Shown: in pieces, positions 26,101-34,138 of the stretch
Layout of the letters: each line of letters starts with the position of its first letter
How positions within the stretch are numbered: the stretch's first letter is position 1
IMG/VR virus record: IMGVR_UViG_3300021356_000025
Span: 1-52,334 of that record
Origin: a virus
Taxonomy: Duplodnaviria; Caudoviricetes
Direction: 5' to 3' (one strand)
Length of the DNA: 52,334 nt
The notes under the pieces: model-generated
Database searches by the model: none
What the model was told of the DNA's origin: nothing
What the model saw: only the letters and a program-made list of their open reading frames with translations
Translations under genes and position numbers: made by a program

Positions 26101-26310
26101 TGCACCTACAAGCGTTTTAGCTAACGCTTTAAAGTACTCGACATCTGCAGCCATGCCTTCTACGCCCTGCAACATTCCGTCAGAAAAAGCCTCGGACAGG
26201 GTTCTTTTGTTCTCTGTTTCAGGGGTATCCGCTGTTACGGTAGTATCAGGAACGCCGGAATCTAACACTGATTGGGTTAGTGTAGATAGATAGTCGTTAG
26301 GATCGGCCAT
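20176..26310 (-). CDS. Giant internal virion/ejection (polyvalent) protein with NADAR and zincin-like domains
   Basis: 2044 aa; Gly/Ala-rich hydrophobic N-terminus; NADAR-like LSN...F.SVEHAYQ..K...LL.TG; HEFGH plus EE.YAD. Confidence 0.75.
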   Translation of the reverse strand: MADPNDYLSTLTQSVLDSGVPDTTVTADTPETENKRTLSEAFSDGMLQGVEGMAADVEYFKALAKTLVGADEESIADNIAEARRLEESASLAVKDMDTFGEFLEQPTVTGFIEQAVKFSGQAVPSIATTVSTGGVGGVVAVLGKKGVGYTGKKIAERIGRDSIQRTIKGTATPDEKDLANSLYRTFRNGTIGGAFTAEYIPLSGSNLGEALDSGQELDKGQAARAALVGLPQATIGVAGEVAIVKLLGNIAKKRAVKESSTFGDFAKLVATNTLRTGAIEGTTEFTQEGLGILNRMDLDPTYTAEEAQLRLAEAAFGGFMGGAPVGGAGTVVATGVRKVAEAGVLDATADVMDKARRMMDEKRGKDINDTVDGEQYGDVMSGTTTPESQADINAQLKAMVDPTSTKKSVWQAGDTPALKARTNTATPVTVDGKRAFAAFIPGRGTIISTDKSIVQEVIKSRASDGALAIALGYSQSKSEVGNSDIVVQAFDVNGNVVSEEVTSQENLQEAMQNAEGLKPDGGFVNVTTLQQALETRAKKYQQEQGPDIRDADVDDSIREMNEDDLFDAIELAKGSKFKSVTVTRPDGTKVKIGLADLTAAAEKLTQGKKRSPKDVEDAPQTEVDQETDLENQENQEGVQTIEGEETVTGTYEPKADRSRVFDNTQEARDDYDATFGAQEWDTAEIGEVSESTLREAVRQQRANKNAVVSIRKNSDGKFEVVRTSFDSNLIELVDPVDKKVYRVTEAEFLDRAIKIAKKSKFKNIVLVTPDGKRIKVNLADLTRAGQRLASARGDGKFEGQTPFEAARKGLQEILTELRLEGYDVVVSGESIFDLGNQPVPDYQGSTVAAVINGKEVTLGELLSPPQTIPEQRPEAVIAEDVDSEGRPTGERVAVQSGTDEAMDAFERFQRDVMGRETSRVNEEFDPADQVQETDGRSEVDRMLDQPETVQDANRQTDRRTGRAPTTNNQAEPTQPNRSQAEPTQPNRPQAEPESEPVNIYFGTGENTILSNLAYRPFQYNGYKFLSVEHAYQTLKSGKFDQVTYDAYNRLPPARVNGRKIVGKKSANTKNGYNLDLMEKLIEASLAQNPEARQALLDTGSAEITHNQDRGIWRQEFPRIMTKIRDRLQSESSTRAEPEVVAGVEESFLVGLINNLRKAIKLKNPPRVFTYENLVNMTMGELEQQFGAENVNWILDSVNRMRQSNGNLRGMYVPLLDSGSKANLIILNESGNTLRDAAVLAHEFGHALFREEMTAATANPALRARLLRAFEKDPRYQNYLNAYDYELAFEEWYADQVARWATKKFINKQAKSLTDKHFKELAKKLKAMYREFTRTMKRRLGNTSQDFETYIEAVVDAKKKGYETAGTSANPNFVQKAMVQEVNQAVVKMGGEALADHWRGALADIARNPKLRPLMKIVRTADGIMRLHGGRKIADMFYIRSQDPDADGGLGFVGASARQIAEFQNKFEEQVGSMDDPEVQAALLEAMGDEDTDQLSPKAQQVRKFLESIYDDYIAPSNTDIGRQQNYFPTALNLMAIQENLDGFVELIMQQDPTANEAEVRKSINAVLRYNQSVADGKPIEIDGTDPAVAVEKALQLTLNVNRGSLYNAGFLHEPQDAFVQYVRHVVKRVEWNKHTKDEQGNDLLEAEMDKLSPEDKEVVQEIIATHLGYQTNPLSPMWRKVNSYGQFLQFITILPFAAIASLPELAGPVINSKEFGGLVEGLKQIPATIKNRAEARQLARDLGVVTNEIVANSWVTQAELDYMDPKVRKMSDVFFKYTALQWFTTFSREFAAGMGVKFILKHARNEFDNPRSERYLQELGLTAKEVMAWNNSGRKFTTPEGKKIKRGLQRFVESSILRPNSAERPVWASDPHWALVWQLKSYFYAYGKVIMGGIYREMVSRRKEMGGQGMPQLTATLSVLAITALATMPLAMLGMELREYTKQSLAAVLPGVETDNKYFRTDRMDWPTYLSEVIDKSGFLGIFTLGAMSHQNAKWDDKGIEGFAPDAILPFLGPTAETVDTILENGFSIDRTLKDRLIPIYNQL
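23335..23406. repeat. 30-bp tandem repeat, 2.4 copies (QAEPTQPNR[S/P])
   Basis: AGCTTGCG(G/A)TCTGTTAGGTTGAGTAGGCTC at 23341-23370 and 23371-23400, one mismatch. Confidence 0.95.
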
Positions 26311-26321
26311 TTAACCGCTCC

Positions 26322-28607
26322 TTATTTTTTGCCAGTAAATGGATGGCGTTGAGTCACTACTGCCCTTAAGGCATCTTCTACTTTCGCATCTAGTTTTCTA
26401 AGGTTTCCAGCTTTTATTACAGAGTCTGTACTTCTGCCATATTGGTCTGTATATTCATACCCAGTGACCTTACCTTTAGATGAGTAAACAGGTCTAACTT
26501 TTTCTATCTCGAAATCAGTTGACTGAATGCTGTCTTTGGCATTAGGTCTAAACCATGCAGCTATATTCCCAACCCAACCGGCATCGTTATCTTGGGCATA
26601 GCCAGCAACCGTAGTACTAATCAAAGCGCCAAATGCTCTTGTCCATTCGTCTCTAACTTGTGGATCTTCCGTATTACGTATTCTAGCTAACACAGTTGGT
26701 AAAAACTGTCTCACTAGGCCGTTAGAAGTGCCCTTACCGACGTAGTTTTCTTTGAAATCATCACCGAACACTACCTTGTTAACGCCTGTATAGAACGTAT
26801 CTAAGTCCTCGTTTAAGCTTTCGTACTGCCCTTCGCGCCATTGTTTAGCTTCTTGATTTAATTTTCTTACAGCTATTCTATTTTTTTCTTGGTTTATTTG
26901 ATTTGTCTGAGCTTGATTAGTAGATAAAGTAGGGTCGCCTGTAGAAAACAAGTTGTCGATACTAGATCTGATTGCTTTTCTGTTACTAGCATCAGGCTCA
27001 TTAGCGGCCAAAACTGCTCGCATCATAGCTCGGTCTTTTGTATTAGCTAATCTCGTGTCCTTTAGGTCTTTTATACCTTTCTGTCTAAGTTGTTCAGCGG
27101 CATCTTTTAGAGTCTGAGGATCTATTTTTATTTTCCCAGAATCTATTTCCTCATCAATTTGCTGATCAGACTTACCTTCCAAGTCCTTAGTTAGTTTAAC
27201 TAATCCAGCAGTTGTGTACTTAGTACCCACTTCTTCGTCAATTTGGTTTTGTATGTTCTGTGCCTCTTCCATAAGATCTCTTTCTATAAGAGCATCTCTA
27301 CGGGACTCCAAATCTCTTATCTTCTTAACAGAAGCTTTATTAGCCCTGTCAAGCACTCGGTTACGGTCTTTTTCTACCTTATCTATTTCATTATCATATT
27401 GCTCACCGCCTATCTTACCCGATGCAAATCTCTCTTTAAGGGCGGCTACTTCAGCATCAAATTCTTCCATCTGTACACCGAAGGAGCGTTTTGTTGTTGG
27501 ATCTATTAAGTTTTTATCAATGTTGGCACGCTCAATATCCCCTCTCATGGAATCAGCAGTTTTATAGAATCGCCAACCTTCATCCGCGGCAGCGAGAACA
27601 GTTTCTTCTGCTTGGGCACGGGCTCCACCCTCTTCAAACGTGGTTCTCTCGCCAACTTGTACATCTGCTATATTAGTTTGTATTTTTCGCTCAATCCCTT
27701 GACCGACCGTGTCATCTTCTGGGTCTATATCTTGCTGTACAGTGGACAGCACGTTCTGAAAATCCTCAAAAGAGGCGCCAGATGCTAAGAGGTCTAGAAC
27801 TCCGGACATTGCTTTTTGGTCGCCTGTAGCTGCCACGACGTCAATTATATCGGCTAACTGAGCGTTGGCTTCTAATCCATCTAGAGCATCTCGTTCTGTT
27901 TCTGCTGCGTTTGCATCAGCCCCCACTACATTTTGCTCTTGTACAATTCTAGTAATATTTACAGAACTTGCGTCGCCTGCTGTTTTTCTATAGCTTAAAT
28001 CTACTAGATTGGTTAGTTTCTCAGGGTCAAAAAATACAACATTATCCTGTGCATCGGCAGTTCTGTTTTCAGTTATAGCTGAGTCTACGCCTTCAGCAGT
28101 TCTTACAGTAACAGCATATCTACCAGACCCGTCTGGGGCTGGGACTATACCGGTGGCTGTAAGACCGGGGCCAAGCATTTTTTCGGCATTAGCATTTATC
28201 TGCTGTAGGCCTATATCCAAAACGGCAGCATCGCCATTTGCTATGCCTTCATTGAATTTAGCTTTATCAATACCTGTAAAATCCTTGTTAACTAGGCCAG
28301 CGGCGCTAAACAGTTCGATAGAGCTATTAGCTTTCTCTACTTTAATCTGCCTGTCTTGCACATTTTGAAGGCGGGCTTCTTCCTTCTCTTTAATAGCAGC
28401 AATCTGACTATTGTATTCTTCTGTTTTTAGATTAGAACGCTCTATTTCGGTTTGCTGCCTATCCTTGAACTGTTCTGCTTCTAAGTTAGCACGCTCTATT
28501 TCGTCTTGCTGTCTATTGCGAAACTCGTTATCCCTGCGTTGCTGATTCATGCCTTGTATAGCACTGAACCCCGCTAGAAATGCTGAACCTACATCTTGAG
28601 TAGCCAT
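26322..28607 (-). CDS. Internal virion/ejection protein
   Basis: 761 aa, helical and charged, upstream of the giant protein as in podovirus ejectosome clusters. Confidence 0.6.
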   Translation of the reverse strand: MATQDVGSAFLAGFSAIQGMNQQRRDNEFRNRQQDEIERANLEAEQFKDRQQTEIERSNLKTEEYNSQIAAIKEKEEARLQNVQDRQIKVEKANSSIELFSAAGLVNKDFTGIDKAKFNEGIANGDAAVLDIGLQQINANAEKMLGPGLTATGIVPAPDGSGRYAVTVRTAEGVDSAITENRTADAQDNVVFFDPEKLTNLVDLSYRKTAGDASSVNITRIVQEQNVVGADANAAETERDALDGLEANAQLADIIDVVAATGDQKAMSGVLDLLASGASFEDFQNVLSTVQQDIDPEDDTVGQGIERKIQTNIADVQVGERTTFEEGGARAQAEETVLAAADEGWRFYKTADSMRGDIERANIDKNLIDPTTKRSFGVQMEEFDAEVAALKERFASGKIGGEQYDNEIDKVEKDRNRVLDRANKASVKKIRDLESRRDALIERDLMEEAQNIQNQIDEEVGTKYTTAGLVKLTKDLEGKSDQQIDEEIDSGKIKIDPQTLKDAAEQLRQKGIKDLKDTRLANTKDRAMMRAVLAANEPDASNRKAIRSSIDNLFSTGDPTLSTNQAQTNQINQEKNRIAVRKLNQEAKQWREGQYESLNEDLDTFYTGVNKVVFGDDFKENYVGKGTSNGLVRQFLPTVLARIRNTEDPQVRDEWTRAFGALISTTVAGYAQDNDAGWVGNIAAWFRPNAKDSIQSTDFEIEKVRPVYSSKGKVTGYEYTDQYGRSTDSVIKAGNLRKLDAKVEDALRAVVTQRHPFTGKK

Positions 28608-28610
28608 ATC

Positions 28611-29372
28611 TTAGAATCCCATTAAGAAAGCAACGCCCATACCGCCGAGCGAGCCTAAAGTTGAATACGTTTGCGCTTTATGTTGCGCTCTTGCCTGTTC
28701 GTAGGCATTTTTACGTTGTGTAGCGTCTGCTGCAGCTCCACCCATTTGATCTTGAGCGGCTCTATTAACCCCTTGACCTATGTCTATAAGCTGAGCCAAT
28801 AGCCCTTGGTTTTGTTCGCGCTGGGCAATACGAGCGTCGCTCATGCCCTGTATAGTGCTCAGAGTATTCTGCCTAGTCATCGCGTCTCGTTGTGCTTTTT
28901 GTTGGGCAGGCGTTAATGCTGTACCATATCGGTCCATTTGGCGCTGTTGTACTCCCTGCATAAGGGCTGGAGTTGAAGCTAAATCTTCTCTAGCTTGGTC
29001 TATAAGAGTAGTATCTGTTTGAGACTTCTCAATCAAGTCTTCTTCGAAATCACGGTAGTTTTTAACGTAGTCGTTAAACTCCATGCGAGTCATTCTAGCG
29101 TATATCTTATCTGGATCCTCTTCGATCGTCCTTTTACTAAGCTGTTTTATCCTCCCGCCTAAACTTGAGGATTTCTTGCGCTGTACAATGTCCCCGTACT
29201 GATTGCGAACAAACTCGTGATTATTCTTAAGAGCGTTACCCTCAACGTCTACTGTAGCTTGCCCTAACTCGGCATCACCCTTGTAAAAGTGATCTTCCAT
29301 CCTTTCGACCCGCTTTTTTCTGCTACGTCGATATGCACCAGCGCCTATACCGGCTTGGAATCCAATACCCAT
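28611..29372 (-). CDS. Internal virion/ejection protein
   Basis: Q/A-rich with a Gly-rich hydrophobic C-terminus. Confidence 0.55.
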   Translation of the reverse strand: MGIGFQAGIGAGAYRRSRKKRVERMEDHFYKGDAELGQATVDVEGNALKNNHEFVRNQYGDIVQRKKSSSLGGRIKQLSKRTIEEDPDKIYARMTRMEFNDYVKNYRDFEEDLIEKSQTDTTLIDQAREDLASTPALMQGVQQRQMDRYGTALTPAQQKAQRDAMTRQNTLSTIQGMSDARIAQREQNQGLLAQLIDIGQGVNRAAQDQMGGAAADATQRKNAYEQARAQHKAQTYSTLGSLGGMGVAFLMGF

Positions 29373-29384
29373 AAATATACCCCC

Positions 29385-30038
29385 CTAAAATACGCTCTTA
29401 AGTGCAGTGCCGAACGTAGCCAATGGAGACCCTTGAGATACGCCTGCGCTGTTAACTGGGTTAAAGAAAGTGCCCTTAACTTGTTGAGGTGCACCTACGC
29501 CTGATTTCGGCTGTACTGTAGCGGTAGTAGCCATGTTGTCCATGCCCTGTGCTAGGGCAGAGCCGGCTATCTGGGCAATAGCAGCATTTTTAGCTGCTTT
29601 AACGTCTGCTTTAGCTTTAGCTTTAGTTAGGTTCTGAGAAGTCTCTAGTCTAGATGCTTGTGACATACCAGACTGCGCTTGTGCTGCTTGCCCTCTAGCG
29701 GTTTTAAGAACGCCAGACTGCATGTTACTTTGTATCTGCTGCCCTTTTTGAGTAGCTAGCCCCAGCTGCCCTGTTGCGCCTCTAGTCAAGTCACCCACAC
29801 GTTCAGCATCTTGTGCCTGAGAAAGATTCATATTAGTTGTCAGCGCTTGCATAGCATCAGCATTAGCACGACCTCTTAGTGCTCTTGTAGGAGCGTCAGA
29901 TTTGGACTGGTCACGCATTTTCTGTAGAAGTGGGTCGTACTTCTGTTTGAAATACGAGTACTCTTTATACGCAACGTCTGCGGATGCTTTTTCAGATTCG
30001 CTAGGCTTGTAGTCTTGTTTTTTAGGTTTTGATCCCAT
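29385..30038 (-). CDS. Internal virion/ejection protein (start revised to 30038, MGSKPK...)
   Basis: TAATG coupling with the upstream stop; A/Q/G-rich. Confidence 0.55.
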   Translation of the reverse strand: MGSKPKKQDYKPSESEKASADVAYKEYSYFKQKYDPLLQKMRDQSKSDAPTRALRGRANADAMQALTTNMNLSQAQDAERVGDLTRGATGQLGLATQKGQQIQSNMQSGVLKTARGQAAQAQSGMSQASRLETSQNLTKAKAKADVKAAKNAAIAQIAGSALAQGMDNMATTATVQPKSGVGAPQQVKGTFFNPVNSAGVSQGSPLATFGTALKSVF

Positions 30039-30505
30039 TACAATTTTCTCGTATAAATTACCGTGTCTTTTTCCCAACCAGTGTTTAGAAAATACTTCTC
30101 CATAGCTGATATAGGAGTTCTCGTTTCTAAATAATCATAACCTGACTCTGCGGCTACGCTTGCAAAAAACTCTTGATATTTAACAGCGCAATTTTGGCCC
30201 CTTTCTCTAGCCCACGCTACCCATATTAAACAAGTTTTTTTGCCGTTGAACTGATCTACCTCAGTAGTAGTTACAACAAAACCTTCTGGCGCTACCCACA
30301 ACCCTGCCCTTTGAGTTGCACATGCGGTGTATATATCTTCCGGTATAAATGTTAGTTGGGGATGTTCTTTTAAAACTTCTTCAATCCCCGGTCTTACCCA
30401 ATGCCATTCACTTCTTACATCTGCACTTACTGGGTTAGTATTTATTACCGTAGTCTCTAGTTCTTCTCTGCCATGATCCTGACTTTGCACTTTGGATTCC
30501 GCCAT
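30038..30505 (-). CDS. GNAT-fold-like virion assembly protein (T7 gp13-type position); start uncertain
   Basis: GFVVT...LIWVAW...G...A...G...R...GW pattern; precedes the ejection genes. Confidence 0.5.
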   Translation of the reverse strand: MAESKVQSQDHGREELETTVINTNPVSADVRSEWHWVRPGIEEVLKEHPQLTFIPEDIYTACATQRAGLWVAPEGFVVTTTEVDQFNGKKTCLIWVAWARERGQNCAVKYQEFFASVAAESGYDYLETRTPISAMEKYFLNTGWEKDTVIYTRKL

Positions 30506-31127
30506 ATTTCACCTTCCTATATACACCTGTATTAGCTCCGCGAGCCTGCTTCTCTGCACGCTCTACACCTTCATTAAATAACCCTGCATATACCCCAGCT
30601 GCGTTCATATCTGACCAAACAGTATTGGGCATACGAAGTAGTCTAAATAATGCACCATTTACTATAACATCTCTATAGTTATTCATCACGTCATTATCGC
30701 AACCATTGCTGGTATATGTAGGTTTTAGTACGGCTCTAACTACTATACCTTGCGTTAAGTTAGCGGCTGGAACGGGTGCTATGAAGAAAGAAGTGTTGGA
30801 CTGCTGTACATAGTACTCAGGCTGTCCAGTTTCCTCTCTCCATTTACGTATACGCTGTTCCAGTAAAGTGCTAGATATAGGTTCTAGCTCTTCACCGTCA
30901 TAGGTTACCCATTCTATTCTATGTACAGCTGTACCTGAAGGGGCATCAAAATCGTACTCGTACCTATTTGCTACAGCTGTGATAGGGTCTAGCTCTTTCC
31001 TGTAAACGCCTGACCTCTCGCATAGCTCTATAGCTGCTGCTCTAATATTAGTTTCAGCAAGAGTGTCTATACAGCCGTTAACGTGTGGTAACACGTCAGG
31101 TAGTAGCGTTTCATATGAAATCGCCAT
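30435..31127 (-). CDS. Head-tail adaptor (tubular protein A-like)
   Basis: LP.V.GC...AAIE.C.R; G.P.YY; GAL.RL..MP...W. Confidence 0.7.
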   Translation of the reverse strand: MAISYETLLPDVLPHVNGCIDTLAETNIRAAAIELCERSGVYRKELDPITAVANRYEYDFDAPSGTAVHRIEWVTYDGEELEPISSTLLEQRIRKWREETGQPEYYVQQSNTSFFIAPVPAANLTQGIVVRAVLKPTYTSNGCDNDVMNNYRDVIVNGALFRLLRMPNTVWSDMNAAGVYAGLFNEGVERAEKQARGANTGVYRKVKYGGIQSAKSGSWQRRTRDYGNKY

Positions 31128-31138
31128 AAATCAGACCC

Positions 31139-31852
31139 CTATTGTAAGTTGGGTGGGTTGCTAGCCTCCACGTTTGGAGACGATACAGTATCTATCTGTG
31201 CTTTACCGGTTACAGATGCTGAGAATAATTGATAATGGTTGGCGGCACGTTGTTGGTTGCCAGCGTACTCAGAATCTTTCATGTATGCCATGTAAAGAAC
31301 GTAGTTCATTACTGCGTTGCCGAAAATATCTGGTACAGACAAAGCAGTGCTCCCAGTGACAGTAGTAATTACGGCTGGGTTCTTAGAGTACATGATCTCT
31401 AGGTATACAGTAGACACCGAGGACACTCCCGGATATACGTAGTAAGTTCTGGGGCTTTCTTCGTTGTATATGTAGTGCTTAACTTCACCGCCATGAGCTG
31501 CGTCGCCGCCCACAGTAGAGTCATGCCAATCGGGGGTTTGTGAATCTAGGATATCGCCGTCTACCAACCTTATAGAGCGTTTGCCATCGTACAAAGTATT
31601 GTCGTTGGCATTTTGCGTCATGTTTCTAACTACTTTGAGTAGTCTATTACCGTCAGCTGGTATGCTTTGCTTTGTGCCAGCATCTAGCGTGACTATCGCA
31701 GTATTTGACATTGCATCGGGCTTGAGTAGTGCTACTTCTCTTTGCGCATCATTGATCCACAAAACCAACTCTGTTTGAGGCCATCTAACGCCTGTAGTAT
31801 CTTGAAGTACTGCCTGCACCCTGCTTATTAGATCATTTACTAAAATAGCCAT
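31139..31852 (-). CDS. Head-tail adaptor (DUF6682-like)
   Basis: LQD....RW...EL..WINDAQ; VYP; NYVLY.AY.KD. Confidence 0.7.
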   Translation of the reverse strand: MAILVNDLISRVQAVLQDTTGVRWPQTELVLWINDAQREVALLKPDAMSNTAIVTLDAGTKQSIPADGNRLLKVVRNMTQNANDNTLYDGKRSIRLVDGDILDSQTPDWHDSTVGGDAAHGGEVKHYIYNEESPRTYYVYPGVSSVSTVYLEIMYSKNPAVITTVTGSTALSVPDIFGNAVMNYVLYMAYMKDSEYAGNQQRAANHYQLFSASVTGKAQIDTVSSPNVEASNPPNLQ

Positions 31853-31862
31853 GCTTTAACAC

Positions 31863-32249
31863 CTATAGGTTTAGTGCTGCTTCCCAAGCTGCTTCGCGCT
31901 CATCACTACGAACAGTTCGGCCTACAGCTTTGTTGACGATAGCAGCCTTTGGCGTACCATCTACTTTAAAGTCTTCTGGGTTACCCTGCTCTATTAGGTT
32001 AGCTAAGCATTCCATTAGAGCTGGATCAAATTCTTCTGTAGTCTCTTCAACTACTTCTTCAAACTCCGCATCTTCTATCTCTTGCGGAGAAACGCTATTC
32101 TCGTTATATAGCTTAGCGCCCATCTGTAGCGCAAGTGTGCCTAATTCTTCGTGGCAAGGGTTTAACTCTCTAACTACGCCAGCGTATAGTCTAAGCGCTT
32201 GACCTGATGGATGTGGTACATATAGGTCTTTGTCACTAATAATCTTCAT
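31863..32249 (-). CDS. Conserved hypothetical protein downstream of the capsid genes
   Basis: 128 aa; C-terminal F..DG.PK......G..V...ER..AW. Confidence 0.6.
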   Translation of the reverse strand: MKIISDKDLYVPHPSGQALRLYAGVVRELNPCHEELGTLALQMGAKLYNENSVSPQEIEDAEFEEVVEETTEEFDPALMECLANLIEQGNPEDFKVDGTPKAAIVNKAVGRTVRSDEREAAWEAALNL

Positions 32250-32264
32250 GATGTGTATCCTCTT

Positions 32265-32290
32265 AAAAACTAACCCCCCGAAGGGGGTTA
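32265..32290 (-). terminator. Rho-independent terminator
   Basis: Minus strand TAACCCCC-TTCG-GGGGGTTA followed by GTTTT. Confidence 0.75.
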
Positions 32291-32294
32291 TAAA

Positions 32295-32708
32295 TTACGC
32301 TGCTACTAAAACACTTAGTTTGATTGTGCCAGATGTAGCGCCTGTAGCTGGGGCTGTTGCGACTTTTAAGTCTATAGAGCCGTCAGCTGCAAAGGTTACA
32401 GGCTTAACTAGTAAGTTAGATGTTCCGCCTGCTTGACCCAAATTACTGTCATCTAGGAACAGGTCAGTATCGCCGTCTGTACCCAAGTCAAGTGTAATTG
32501 CTGGAGAGCCGTTGGTGTCTAAGTCGGGAACTTCCAAGAAGTAACCCAATACTGTTTCACCTTTGTTTATGTTTACTAGCTGAACAATGTCATTAGCCGC
32601 AAGAGCAGCTGAGATAGTGTATTCGCCAGCTCTAACACCTACATCCCCTTGCGGGAATGGGATGTATCCCATGTCATTAGCCACGGAATCTGATTTGAAT
32701 GTAGCCAT
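32295..32708 (-). CDS. Capsid decoration/minor capsid protein
   Basis: 137-aa beta-rich A/G/T protein immediately after the MCP. Confidence 0.6.
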   Translation of the reverse strand: MATFKSDSVANDMGYIPFPQGDVGVRAGEYTISAALAANDIVQLVNINKGETVLGYFLEVPDLDTNGSPAITLDLGTDGDTDLFLDDSNLGQAGGTSNLLVKPVTFAADGSIDLKVATAPATGATSGTIKLSVLVAA

Positions 32709-32722
32709 TTCTATATCTCCCG

Positions 32723-32748
32723 AAGAAACCCCCTCCTAAGAGGGGGTA
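32723..32748 (-). terminator. Rho-independent terminator after the MCP
   Basis: ACCCCCTC/GAGGGGGT stem followed by TTCTT on the minus strand. Confidence 0.65.
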
Positions 32749-32757
32749 TAAGGTTTA

Positions 32758-33879
32758 TTAAGACTGTAGAGTATCTAAGCAGATAACGCCGAAGTCTTGT
32801 ACAGAGCCACTTGCGTCGCTGTTGTACTTAGGCTTACGTAGACCGAAGATCTTACCTACAGAAATACCTGACTGGTTACCGTAGTCGAAAGTATCTTCAA
32901 CCATTTCAGGTAGACCGATGTCAGCCATAGCAAGAGCTTGAGCACCACAGAATAGAGCACGACCGCCGTTCTCAGTACCGGTTGCGCCCCACTTAGAGCC
33001 AGAAGCAGCACCAGAAGTGTTGTATACGTGACGGAACTCATGAACGATAACGCCATCAACCATTACGCTTGAAGAACCAGCGAACAATGCGTTGCTTGCG
33101 CCACGAACGCCAGCGTTACGAACGTTTTGAATGAAGTCGTCATCCATTTTGAGGTCAGCCATTTGCTGTGGAGTAACGAACATGTGGAACACTTCTTCGC
33201 CTGCACCAGCACGGATACCACGAATGTAGCGATCTTTAGCTTTAGCTTTCAAGCTAATGATAGCTTTGTAAGTTAACTTAACGTGACCGTTAGTAGTAGT
33301 GTCACCAGCAGCTAGCTCATTGCTAGTTTTTAGTTTGAAGTGACGATCAGAACTTGGACCAGATACGTCTGAAGCAAACTCAAGATCAGCAAGATCGTGA
33401 CCAGCGCTTGCAGAAGCAGCACGTAGCGTACCGTTGTTTTTGTAAGTGTAAGCAACGCCTGAAAGGGTCAAGAACGCTAGTTGGTCAATACGGTCAGCCA
33501 TTGCATAAGCAAGAGCGTCACGAGATTGCTCACGGAAGTTAACAACAGTTTTTTGGTCAGCCATGCGGCCAGCAATTCTGTTAGCAAAACGTAGTTGATC
33601 TAACTGAATGCTGATGTCATAGGCGCGTAGCGCTTCTTCGTTGCCTTCTAGAGTGTTATCACCAGTGATACCGTCTCCAGTCATGTCAGCAAGCAAAGTG
33701 ATGTTAGCTTTTGTGCCTTTAGCTGATTTAGTAAGCTCAGTAATACGCTGAACCATAGCGTTTGAGCCAGTTCCAGCGAACTGATTGATGAAAGATTGGT
33801 TACGAGCAACTTTCCAGAAGTCACGTGACCATGCTTGTAGTTGGTCGCCTGTTAGCGTACCGAAATTAGTTAAAGCCAT
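32758..33879 (-). CDS. Major capsid protein, N4-gp56/DUF4043 family (start revised to 33879)
   Basis: AGGAGG RBS; G..GDNTLEGNEEAL, IQLDQLR, LFCGAQAL, DYGN, G.RK..Y, DFGVI..DT. Confidence 0.9.
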   Translation of the reverse strand: MALTNFGTLTGDQLQAWSRDFWKVARNQSFINQFAGTGSNAMVQRITELTKSAKGTKANITLLADMTGDGITGDNTLEGNEEALRAYDISIQLDQLRFANRIAGRMADQKTVVNFREQSRDALAYAMADRIDQLAFLTLSGVAYTYKNNGTLRAASASAGHDLADLEFASDVSGPSSDRHFKLKTSNELAAGDTTTNGHVKLTYKAIISLKAKAKDRYIRGIRAGAGEEVFHMFVTPQQMADLKMDDDFIQNVRNAGVRGASNALFAGSSSVMVDGVIVHEFRHVYNTSGAASGSKWGATGTENGGRALFCGAQALAMADIGLPEMVEDTFDYGNQSGISVGKIFGLRKPKYNSDASGSVQDFGVICLDTLQS

Positions 33880-33914
33880 GATAGGCCTCCTTATAAATAG
33901 ACAAAAATAAATAT

Positions 33915-34100
33915 GTGGCAAAACGCCACGCTCTTTTAGCCGACTTAAAGGAGCGGCTAATCCGTAATTCCCGTATCGTGGGACAACGAACTAGCGCTTT
34001 TTAACGAGGTGCGACCTCGACAGGTTTTACGCCTTGTGTAGGCGAAGGATACGTTTTTTACGGCTACGGGCCGACCAGTTATCGTACTGATAGACGAACC
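33915..34100 (-). ncRNA. Structured MCP leader RNA: predicted tandem pseudoknot array
   Basis: Six adjacent stem-loops, each loop complementary to its own 3' tail (see findings). Confidence 0.55.
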
Positions 34101-34108
34101 TAAAATAA

Positions 34109-34137
34109 ATAGTATCTTAAGTCTAAAAACTATGCAA
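34109..34137 (-). promoter_or_regulatory. Sigma70-type promoter for the MCP leader
   Basis: TTGCAT-N17-TACTAT on the minus strand. Confidence 0.7.
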
Positions 34138-34138
34138 A

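Noticed and set aside
33880-33921. N-terminal extension of the MCP given in the ORF track (MPHIYFCLF...)
   Set aside because: A strong AGGAGG RBS precedes ATG 33879, and the extension lies in the structured leader.
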